Source of the DNA: a virus
Direction: 5' to 3' (one strand)
Virus record (IMG/VR): IMGVR_UViG_3300011977_000001
Length of the DNA stretch: 64,000 bases
Part shown: piece by piece, positions 37,258 through 44,742 of the stretch
How positions within the stretch are numbered: the stretch's first letter is position 1
Layout of the letters: each line of letters opens with the position of its first letter
Position numbers and translations under genes: made by a program
Notes under the pieces: model-generated
What the model was told of the DNA's origin: nothing
What the model saw: only the letters and a program-made list of their open reading frames with translations
Database searches by the model: none

Positions 37258-37407
37258 TCAATCTTCTTTCTGGTCTTCATCCGGAGCCATAAATTCATAT
37301 CTTCCGTTCCAAAACTTAATGCTCTTAGGATCCACATGGTACTTCTCTGCTATTAGCTGCTTTACTTCGTCCGCTTTCACAATCATGATTGTCGCTTTCT
37401 CTGCCAT
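37258..37407 (-). CDS. small hypothetical protein
   Basis: Start chosen at MAEKATIMIVKADEV (ATG 37405-37407), giving 49 aa. It is the last phage gene before the IS insertion. Confidence 0.45.
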   Translation of the reverse strand: MAEKATIMIVKADEVKQLIAEKYHVDPKSIKFWNGRYEFMAPDEDQKED

Positions 37408-37440
37408 TTTTCTTTTCCTCGTATTATAGTGTGTAGCCAA

Positions 37441-37659
37441 TCTTTACCTGTTCTTGGTAAAAGGCTATGCTGTTATGGATGCTGTGGATTAGTATTTGTT
37501 TCCTACCACCAGATGGTTTCAGAAAGGGTCTGACCACAGCCTCCTGCTACTTTGTTGATCAGTCAGATACCGCATGACGGTTTATGTGGAACGAGGATAC
37601 GAAAGCAGCGAGTCCTTGTGGGTCCAACAGCATCAAATAATCTTACGGAGGTGATCTCT
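37441..37659 (+). ncRNA. candidate IS110 5' non-coding end / bridge-RNA region
   Basis: About 220 nt non-coding stretch directly upstream of the recombinase ATG, the position where IS110-group elements encode their guide (bridge) RNA. No fold was computed. Confidence 0.3.
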
Positions 37660-38838
37660 ATGATCATTGTTGCTGTTGATGTCGCAAAGGATAAGCACGA
37701 CTGCTTTATCACCAACACGGATGGCGAAGTCCTTTATGATTCCTTCGCCATTCAGAACAATCAGGAGGGCTTTGAAGACCTGTATCAGAAGATATGCTCT
37801 GTGACCGATTCCTCACAGAATGTAAAAGTAGGACTGGAAGCGACCGGTCACTACCATCTCAACCTCCTTGGCTATCTCCTTGATAAAGGTTTCCCCACCT
37901 GTCTTATCAACCCGTTACAAACAAGTCTTTTCAGAAAAAGTCTAAGCTTTAGAAAGACGAAAACGGATCCGGTAGACGCCAGAGCGATTGCGAGATTGCT
38001 CATGAGCGATCGGACTTTACAGCCCTACTCGCTCACATCATACCAGAACGAAGAGCTTAAGTCACTAACCCGTTATCGCGCCGATAAAGTCCGTGAACGA
38101 GCAAAGCTGAAATCTTCTCTTTCCAGGCTTGTCGTGATCCTCTTTCCGGAACTGGAGAAACTCGTTCCGACTCTGCATATGCCTACCGTTTATGACCTGC
38201 TCAACGAGTTTCCCGGAGCTTCACACATCGCTTCTGCTCATCTGACCCGGTTATCTCATCTCTTTTCAGAAGCCTCCAAAGGTCATTATGGAAAAGATGA
38301 TGCCATCAGGATCAGAAATGCCGCTCGTCGATCAATCGGCTTGGTCTTGCCTTCTAAATCTCTTGAACTTCAACATACGATCGCCCATATCCGTTTTCTG
38401 GATCGTGAGATCGATGAGATCGAGTCGCAGATCTTTGCTCTTCTGGATAAACATCCGCCGAAGATGCTGGACATCCCGGGCATGGGGCCGCGTATGGCTG
38501 CCGTTATCGTTGCAGAGATCGGAGACTTCAGACGCTTCTCATCACCGGATAAGCTGCTTGCGTACGCTGGTCTTTCTCCGACGACCTACCAGTCCGGACA
38601 GCTGACTTCCACTTATGCCAAAATGGAGAAGCGCGGCTCCAGATATCTTCGTTTCGCATTGTTTAATGCCACGAAATATGTCTGTGTCTGGGATCCGACG
38701 TTTCGTGCCTATCTGGCGAAAAAGCGAGCTGAAGGAAAGCACTATAACGTTGCGGTCTCACATGCGGCGAAAAAGCTCGTCCGTCTGATCTATCATCTGG
38801 AGACGACCGGAGAAACATACGTTTCGAAAGCCTGCTGA
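37660..38838 (+). CDS. IS110-family transposase / recombinase
   Basis: Start chosen at MIIVAVDVAKDKHD (GGAGG RBS at 37647-37651). DEDD-type N-terminal motifs are present (VDVAKDKH, GLEATGHYH). The C-terminal Transposase_20-like motif IPGMGPRMAAVIVAEIGDFRRFSSPDKLLAYAGLSPTTYQSG is also present. Confidence 0.9.
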   Translation: MIIVAVDVAKDKHDCFITNTDGEVLYDSFAIQNNQEGFEDLYQKICSVTDSSQNVKVGLEATGHYHLNLLGYLLDKGFPTCLINPLQTSLFRKSLSFRKTKTDPVDARAIARLLMSDRTLQPYSLTSYQNEELKSLTRYRADKVRERAKLKSSLSRLVVILFPELEKLVPTLHMPTVYDLLNEFPGASHIASAHLTRLSHLFSEASKGHYGKDDAIRIRNAARRSIGLVLPSKSLELQHTIAHIRFLDREIDEIESQIFALLDKHPPKMLDIPGMGPRMAAVIVAEIGDFRRFSSPDKLLAYAGLSPTTYQSGQLTSTYAKMEKRGSRYLRFALFNATKYVCVWDPTFRAYLAKKRAEGKHYNVAVSHAAKKLVRLIYHLETTGETYVSKAC

Positions 38839-38916
38839 TAGTATCCTGATATCCTGTTCCAGGGCACCCTTTCGGATGCTCTGTTTGTCATGCAGTTTTC
38901 AAGGTGCTGACTTATG

Positions 38917-38938
38917 AAAAACTCGCTTGCGAGTTTTT
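38917..38938 (+). terminator. rho-independent terminator after the transposase
   Basis: AAAACTCGC-TT-GCGAGTTTT perfect hairpin running into a T-run. Confidence 0.65.
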
Positions 38939-39144
38939 AGCGATTAGCTTCTTTTTCAACTTGACTATTAATAGTCAGTCTTTCTGGCATTATTACCAGG
39001 TCTTCGTTTAATCATCTTTCTGAATTGTAAGCTCACCTGCTGCATTGACTGAAGAGTTCAGGTTCAAAACTGCCGTTTCACCATCACGTTGTAACTATGT
39101 GGCATTCTTAAAATTACAAATTTGTCACTATATTTTCATAGCAA

Positions 39145-39184
39145 TAAAAAAGACCGTCTCATCAACCGAGGCGGCCTTTTCCAT
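39145..39184. terminator. bidirectional-looking terminator hairpin
   Basis: CCGTCTC-ATCAACC-GAGGCGG stem-loop flanked by AAAAAA on one side and TTTT on the other. On the - strand it follows the 39199-39351 ORF. Confidence 0.5.
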
Positions 39185-39198
39185 TTCACTATAGATTT

Positions 39199-39351
39199 TT
39201 ATTCCTGATCGTCCTGATCATCCTGATCATCGTCTTTCTGTGCTCTCTTCGCATCATACTTTTCCAGGAACTCTCCGATTGCGTCAGAAATGGACTTTGC
39301 ATCCGCTCCCTGCGTCATCGTGATCGGAATCCTCTTTCCACTTTTCTCCAT
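39199..39351 (-). CDS. small acidic protein (50 aa)
   Basis: Hand-translated as MEKSGKRIPITMTQGADAKSISDAIGEFLEKYDAKRAQKDDDQDDQDDQE. It starts 13 nt after the stop of the 39364-39879 gene. It is below the ORF-track cutoff. Confidence 0.4.
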   Translation of the reverse strand: MEKSGKRIPITMTQGADAKSISDAIGEFLEKYDAKRAQKDDDQDDQDDQE

Positions 39352-39363
39352 CGTATCTCTCCT

Positions 39364-39879
39364 TTACTGCGGAGGCAGATTGCTCCCCGTTCCACCCGTG
39401 GAAATATTTTCAGCGTTTCCAATATCCCAGATAGCCTTTTCATTATGCTCTCTTGCATAATCGATTGCCGCATTCTTGTCGGACATGCAGGTCGAAATAT
39501 CCAGGCTGATCATACCGGTATCCGGGTCCAGCCATGTTCCGAGATAATTGTCCTTCTGGGACAACAGATCCGCATTGTCTTTCATGAACTTTCTGATTGC
39601 TGCCTCTCTGGTATCCGGATCCCTGGCCTCTTTTGCACTAATCCACCTGCTGCGGTCTGCGTGAGCCGCAACCATGTATCCGCTCTTCGGTTCTTTTCCG
39701 GTCTTTACATGCACAGACATTCCGCCCTGGCGCATAGTGTGATTGGAAATTCCACCCACTACAGTCCCATATGTGAATCTTCCTCTCGCATCGTGATTTG
39801 TATTGTATTTTTCAACATCTTCAAAGTCCTTGTCCCGTGAGGACATGCTCTTTCTAATGTCAAAGAATAGCTTTACCAT
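39364..39879 (-). CDS. YNPYHG-tagged protein of unknown function
   Basis: 171 aa. The N-terminus is MVKLFFDIRKS...VEKYNTNHDARGRFTYG (tag at 39775-39810). Confidence 0.6.
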   Translation of the reverse strand: MVKLFFDIRKSMSSRDKDFEDVEKYNTNHDARGRFTYGTVVGGISNHTMRQGGMSVHVKTGKEPKSGYMVAAHADRSRWISAKEARDPDTREAAIRKFMKDNADLLSQKDNYLGTWLDPDTGMISLDISTCMSDKNAAIDYAREHNEKAIWDIGNAENISTGGTGSNLPPQ

Positions 39880-39967
39880 GATTCCTCTCCTTTCAGTAGA
39901 TTTACTGTTATCTCGAATGTAACTGCTCTTCTGCTGAAAGTTAAGGCTTCAGGTCAACAAATCCATG

Positions 39968-40423
39968 TTATGCGGTTCTCCGGTTTCTGTTACTGATCTC
40001 GTTCAGGAATCTCAGGGCTTTGTAGTATTTCATCATCCGTTCCCCGTCTTTCACTGTGAAGTGAATGATCCTTGACCGGTCCATATTGTGCCTCAGGTCG
40101 GCCATCTTTACTTTGACGGCCAACGGGTTTTTACTCAGTTTCTCGACATATACCATGTAGGGCTCACTTTTATCGTGAGTCATCGCTTTGATCGCCGATA
40201 GCTGTTTCTCAGTAAATCCCGCTTCTCTAAGATTATCAATCGTGATTGCAGTGTCCTCAACCACATCATGAAGCAATGCTACCACACAGCTGTCTTCATC
40301 ATTCATCTGCTCAGCCACATGAACCGGATGCATGATATAGGGCATTCCAGCTTTATCAGTCTGACCATCGTGTGCCCTATATGCTATCTGCATCGCTTTT
40401 CTGGTAAGATCCGTGTATACCAA
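39968..40423 (-). CDS. small alarmone hydrolase (SpoT/RelA-type HD domain)
   Basis: 151 aa. Motifs AHDGQTDKAGMPYIMHPVHVAE, ALLHDVVEDT and KMADLRHNM match the (p)ppGpp hydrolase HD signature. No tag. Confidence 0.85.
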   Translation of the reverse strand: MVYTDLTRKAMQIAYRAHDGQTDKAGMPYIMHPVHVAEQMNDEDSCVVALLHDVVEDTAITIDNLREAGFTEKQLSAIKAMTHDKSEPYMVYVEKLSKNPLAVKVKMADLRHNMDRSRIIHFTVKDGERMMKYYKALRFLNEISNRNRRTA

Positions 40424-40439
40424 TACTCAGCATCCTTCC

Positions 40440-40667
40440 TCAGGCTTTGAAATATTTCGCTTTCATCCTCGCTTTAAGCTCGATCGCCTGATCTTTTGTC
40501 AGCTCGTCATAGTAAGTCGTGTCATACGGTGCCTCAAATGCATTTTCAGTGTCTTTCCACTCGTCAGAGCCAGCTGCATAGAACTGCCCGATATTGTTTT
40601 CCTGATCGAGTCGGTACAGGGTTTCGTAGTCGCCGGCATCAATGTCGATTCTACCGAAGTACCTCAT
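40440..40667 (-). CDS. small hypothetical protein
   Basis: 75-aa ORF between the toxSAS-like and SAH genes. Confidence 0.5.
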   Translation of the reverse strand: MRYFGRIDIDAGDYETLYRLDQENNIGQFYAAGSDEWKDTENAFEAPYDTTYYDELTKDQAIELKARMKAKYFKA

Positions 40668-40715
40668 GTTCGTTCCTCCTTTCCTTCTTTAGGATATACC
40701 TATATATGTATATTG

Positions 40716-41624
40716 TCAACGCCTATAATCGTAGGGAAGTGTCTTGTCATAGTACATATAGTACGGAGAATCCGACTTTTTAACGGCCAGGTCGTCAAAA
40801 GGCTTGATCGCATCAATGTCCTTCGGTGTCGGAATTGATCTGGCGTTCTCACTCATCTGCTTTTTCAGCTGCTTCTTCCGCTCCGGTGGGGTATCATCTT
40901 TGCGTTCTTCTTCGTACATGACGTGGTTTACTTCTTTTACTTCAAGAGACTTCTTTGTATGGAACTGAAGCTCGAATCTTGTACCATCCTTTGTCTCAAT
41001 GACACAGTTCACGCCTCTGTAATCAGCGTTAGTATCACCCAGGGTATTCTTGACACGTTTTACCTTATATCCCTTTGCTTCAAATCGTCTTTTTGTCTCC
41101 ATGAAAGTTGCCGTAAGATGCTCTTCGTCATCCATCACTGTATAACGGTTAATATCATACATCCTCTTAACCGCTTCATCCGGATGCACATCTCGATTCT
41201 TTTTATCGCTCTGTTCCTTACACTCCGTAACGAGTTTTCTGGTTAGCGATTTTTCAGTCTTGAGTCTAAAATCACGGTCGGCAAGCTCGCTCCCGGTAAT
41301 ATCAGCGATCTCATCCAGGTCATTTGTGATCTGTTTCTCTGCTTTACTCGCTTTCGCTACGGCCGCTTTCGCTGTTGCAGCCGCCTCTCTGTGCAGTTTC
41401 TTTCCCTCCGGGCTGTTATCATCCATTGAGCTTGATATTGTATGCCCAGATGAACTTCCAGAGCTGCCTGCTGAGGCTCCTGCTCCGCTGGTCCCGCCTT
41501 TGTACGGAACTGTAGTCTTGGATCCCCCACCCGTGGTAAATCTTCCGTCTTTACCATGATAGGGATTATACTTTTCAACTTTATTATCTATGCCATTTCT
41601 TATTTCACTAAATACTTTCGCCAT
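40716..41624 (-). CDS. YNPYHG-tagged RelA/SpoT-homologue nucleotide pyrophosphokinase (toxSAS-like)
   Basis: 302 aa with the tag at 41538-41573. Synthetase-fold motifs are present: RLKTEKSLTRKL, YDINRYTVM, ADYRGVNCVIETKDGTRFELQFHT and NHVMYEEER. Confidence 0.75.
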   Translation of the reverse strand: MAKVFSEIRNGIDNKVEKYNPYHGKDGRFTTGGGSKTTVPYKGGTSGAGASAGSSGSSSGHTISSSMDDNSPEGKKLHREAAATAKAAVAKASKAEKQITNDLDEIADITGSELADRDFRLKTEKSLTRKLVTECKEQSDKKNRDVHPDEAVKRMYDINRYTVMDDEEHLTATFMETKRRFEAKGYKVKRVKNTLGDTNADYRGVNCVIETKDGTRFELQFHTKKSLEVKEVNHVMYEEERKDDTPPERKKQLKKQMSENARSIPTPKDIDAIKPFDDLAVKKSDSPYYMYYDKTLPYDYRR

Positions 41625-41647
41625 ATCGGTGCCCTCCGTTATATCAA

Positions 41648-41673
41648 ATCATATCGAAGCGCACAGATGTGAG
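41648..41673 (-). promoter_or_regulatory. palindromic motif + -10-like hexamer
   Basis: The - sense reads CTCACATCTGTGCGC, then TTCGA, then TATGAT, upstream of the 41624 start. Confidence 0.4.
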
Positions 41674-41711
41674 CAATTATCCAGGTCCTGTTTTACAGAT
41701 GTTTTTCGCCA

Positions 41712-41951
41712 TCAAGGTGATAATACTTTCCATTTTTTCAAAAAGCCTTCCATGGAATAATACGGGCAGGGCAGCTCACCGTGGCTACCAAACCAGATTG
41801 CCGATCTTCCCAGATATTCCACTATCCATGTTCTAAGTTCATACACAGTACCGTGGATGTAATGTTCCCCCAGGCCAGTTACAAGAGACTGTCCCGATAT
41901 ATTTTGCTTTCGTCTCTCAGTTCTCCTTCTGGACTTTTTCTGAGCAACCAT
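41712..41951 (-). CDS. possible small basic protein
   Basis: 79-aa ORF with a weak RBS. It overlaps the 3' end of the RHH gene by 35 nt. Confidence 0.3.
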   Translation of the reverse strand: MVAQKKSRRRTERRKQNISGQSLVTGLGEHYIHGTVYELRTWIVEYLGRSAIWFGSHGELPCPYYSMEGFLKKWKVLSP

Positions 41952-42165
41952 CAGCTTCTGCAGTTATCTTCTCCTCCACATCTCTCATGACCGTGCTGGT
42001 GATATATCCGTTCACTGATTTGTTTTCAATAGCAGCAGCAGCCCTGATTTTGTCCTTCTCACCTTTTTTGAATAGAACTAGGATGCGATCGTAGGCTTTT
42101 TGATCATACTTCCTAGATGCCCTCATTTGGGCCTCTGAAACCGGCATAGTTTCCTCTCCTTTCAT
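41917..42165 (-). CDS. Arc/ribbon-helix-helix-like small DNA-binding protein
   Basis: 82 aa. MPVSEAQMRASRKYDQKAYDRILVLFKKGEKDKIRAAAAIENKSVNGYI fits the Arc/RHH pattern common in Firmicutes antitoxins and regulators. Confidence 0.5.
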   Translation of the reverse strand: MKGEETMPVSEAQMRASRKYDQKAYDRILVLFKKGEKDKIRAAAAIENKSVNGYITSTVMRDVEEKITAEADGCSEKVQKEN

Positions 42166-42255
42166 GAAATTTTGTTCTCATAATATACCTATATCGGTAT
42201 ATGTTTCAAGTATAGAAAAACACCACACGGTCTCTTCAACCATGTGGTGTTCTCA

Positions 42256-42534
42256 TTACGATTTGAAGTTTTTCCAGGCTTCTTCGTGATACACGTCCAA
42301 TCCTTCATCGTCTGTCTCATACTCAACCGGTGAGAATGCAGCCTTCGGATTGATCTTCCGATACCTGGCAAGCTCTTTCTGCATGTTCTGATACACAAAC
42401 AGCTCGCCCTCATTCAGCTCCGGTTTGATCTGATCTGGTGTCATGTCATCATTCACAGCCAGAATCAGCTGGTTCCAGCGTCTTCCGTTGATCTGATGAA
42501 TGAGCTCTCTCTGACGATTTGTTCTCTCAACCAT
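42256..42534 (-). CDS. small hypothetical protein
   Basis: 92-aa ORF starting 13 nt after the zeta-like gene stop. Confidence 0.5.
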   Translation of the reverse strand: MVERTNRQRELIHQINGRRWNQLILAVNDDMTPDQIKPELNEGELFVYQNMQKELARYRKINPKAAFSPVEYETDDEGLDVYHEEAWKNFKS

Positions 42535-42546
42535 GCAGTTCCTCCC

Positions 42547-43476
42547 TTAGTTTGCTTTATTCAGGAACTCTTCGAACTTTTTCTCCTGGCCCGGAACCGG
42601 CGTGAATCCTTTTCCCTTGCCTCCAGCAGCAATTAGGACCGGCTTTGAGCCTATCGGGCCATTATTGTCGTACAGTTCTGCCTTATCAAACAGATGTGCA
42701 ACCTGTACTCCGATCGATGTTACTTTCGGGTGGCACTCCCTGAGAAAGTCGTCTGGGACCAGTCGTGGGCTCTCTCCCTTCTTCATTGCGGACAGATACC
42801 TGCTGACGTTTCTCTTAGACGCTTCATCCGTATTTACTGTAACATATTCCGCCTCAGTTCGGTAGCCGTGTTCTTTTGCTACTTTCAGCTTAGCCATAAC
42901 ACTTTCAACGCTCCCGTCTCCGGTTCCATCGTAAGTGATATTGTAGTGTTCATCTGCTGCCACTTTCAGCAATCTTTTGGCGATCATTGAGCTCTCTTCG
43001 TGATAGAATGCTGCTGCTCTATCCGTTTTCTTTGACATAGCTTTGAACCCTGGAAGCATTTCTTTGATCACATCCGGGTCTATCCTGACTGAAGTGGCTG
43101 GGTCCATCTTAGAAACGAATCCATCTTTGATGACTCGTCCTTTTCCGGATGCCGGCCCGCCGCCCATCATTCGGTAAACTCCCTGTCCAGTTGTTGGTTT
43201 GAGTCCTTTCAGATACTGTCTGATAATTCTCTTATGCAATTCTTCCCGCTTAGGATCTATCTTACCATCAGCAGTGATATGACCGCTCATAGAGTTCTTG
43301 AATCCAGTCCTCTGCTCAGCCAGGACATCAGTCGGGTCGGACGAGTGATAGTCTCTATGCACAGCTTTCGCTGAAGTAGTAAATCTTCCGTCTGCACCAT
43401 GATAGTGATTGTACTTCTTAATCTCTTCAAACGTGCGTGAGCTCTTCATACTCTTCTTGATATATCCTTCCTTCAC
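42547..43476 (-). CDS. YNPYHG-tagged P-loop kinase, zeta-toxin-like
   Basis: GTG start at 43476 or ATG at 43449. The tag EEIKKYNHYHGADGRFTT is at 43381-43416. Walker A is GGGPASGKG, followed by a FYHEESSMIAKRLL region as in the zeta/AAA_33 family. Confidence 0.55.
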   Translation of the reverse strand: MKEGYIKKSMKSSRTFEEIKKYNHYHGADGRFTTSAKAVHRDYHSSDPTDVLAEQRTGFKNSMSGHITADGKIDPKREELHKRIIRQYLKGLKPTTGQGVYRMMGGGPASGKGRVIKDGFVSKMDPATSVRIDPDVIKEMLPGFKAMSKKTDRAAAFYHEESSMIAKRLLKVAADEHYNITYDGTGDGSVESVMAKLKVAKEHGYRTEAEYVTVNTDEASKRNVSRYLSAMKKGESPRLVPDDFLRECHPKVTSIGVQVAHLFDKAELYDNNGPIGSKPVLIAAGGKGKGFTPVPGQEKKFEEFLNKAN

Positions 43477-43544
43477 TGCTCTTTCCCGTGATATGGATTG
43501 TGCTTTCTTATCTCATCCAGCGTTTTCACCATGAATCCCCTATT

Positions 43545-44318
43545 TTACTTAGAATACTCAACCCAGCACCTGCAATTTGCTTTATTTTTCATGCTGGCTC
43601 TTGGGTCGCACGGATACCGCAGCAGTTCCCCTCCGACATTGAAATACTCGTTAAGTTTTCTCAGTTGTCCTGCTGCCTGTTCATGTGCCTCTCTGACCTT
43701 TTCATCCTCGCAGGTATGCCAGATTTTATACTTCATCCCGGTCCTGGAAGCGTCAATATCTTCCGAATCAGCATTGATCTCTGAAGATTCCTCTACTCCG
43801 ATTCCGTATGCTCTTCGGTCTGAGAACGTGTAGCCATCCAGGTCGTACCCAGACTGTTCAAGCATTCGTTCCGTTGAGCCGATGATCATTTCCGGGAAGA
43901 GGAATGCCATTTCCCCGATAATCGGTGCATCAACTTTATATCTCTTGTGTGCTATCTCGATGTAACCATCAGATAACCACTTGAAAAGTTTCAGCATGTC
44001 AAAGTTCTGAGTCTTGATCTGCTTCTTGTATTCCCTGAAGAATTTTGTGACGACATGAAACATATCAAAAGCATCATGTGCTCGATTCTGCTTCTGCCAC
44101 TTTTTGATTCCCATCGGAGCGAACCATCGCATGAAGTCTGCATAAGACAGTTTCTTCTCAAAATTCACGAAATCCGCTTTGACTATTTCAGGAAGCTCTT
44201 CGCTCATCGTGTAATTTCTATCAGGCGATACTGATGAAGCAGCTCCGCTTCCGGTAAACTTCCCATCTTTCCCGTGATAAGGATTATACTTTTTGATTTC
44301 GTTAAATGTTTTCGCCAT
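43545..44318 (-). CDS. YNPYHG-tagged MuF / SPP1 gp7-family head morphogenesis domain protein
   Basis: Start chosen at MAKTFNEIKKYNPYHGKDGKF (AGGAGA RBS). The C-terminus CEDEKVREAHEQAAGQ...NCRCWVEY matches the MuF signature (D..vR..H...G ... nCRC). Confidence 0.65.
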   Translation of the reverse strand: MAKTFNEIKKYNPYHGKDGKFTGSGAASSVSPDRNYTMSEELPEIVKADFVNFEKKLSYADFMRWFAPMGIKKWQKQNRAHDAFDMFHVVTKFFREYKKQIKTQNFDMLKLFKWLSDGYIEIAHKRYKVDAPIIGEMAFLFPEMIIGSTERMLEQSGYDLDGYTFSDRRAYGIGVEESSEINADSEDIDASRTGMKYKIWHTCEDEKVREAHEQAAGQLRKLNEYFNVGGELLRYPCDPRASMKNKANCRCWVEYSK

Positions 44319-44457
44319 GACGTTCTCCTGCATCAATCTCATTGATCAATCACGATCAGTGTACTCGACAACCATCCAATCTTTCATGACTGTGTTCTCG
44401 AATGTATACGGAGTATTCATTCTTCTCTCCTGCTGCTTAAAGCAAAGTTTTCTATCC

Positions 44458-44742
44458 TTACTCAGCTGATTCACCATTGTTCAGGTACTTTGATAATCTG
44501 TTCTGACCTGATACATTCATCTGAACATTGAATTTCTTCATAGCTCGCTTTATGTTTCTTGCCAGCTCCGCCTCGTATTTCGGTGAAACATAATTGAACA
44601 TAACCACTGCAGATCGCACATGCTGTGCATCGTTCAGCGGGTATTTTCTCAGCTCCGGGATTCCGAATGTTTTCTCCGAAAAGTTGTCTCTTTGCTCCTG
44701 AGTCAAAACCTTCTTCTTGATCTCATTGAAAAGTTTAACCAT
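44458..44742 (-). CDS. hypothetical protein sharing only the MxKLFxEIKK start of the tagged family
   Basis: 94 aa. It begins MVKLFNEIKKK but lacks the YNPYHG core. Confidence 0.5.
   Translation of the reverse strand: MVKLFNEIKKKVLTQEQRDNFSEKTFGIPELRKYPLNDAQHVRSAVVMFNYVSPKYEAELARNIKRAMKKFNVQMNVSGQNRLSKYLNNGESAE

Larger units (their letters stand above)
37441..39075 (+). mobile_element. IS110-family insertion sequence (boundaries approximate)
   Basis: This is the only + strand gene in a 64-kb minus-strand array. It encodes a DEDD/IS110-type transposase with long non-coding flanks and no obvious terminal inverted repeats, as expected for IS110. The ends were not mapped. Confidence 0.65.
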
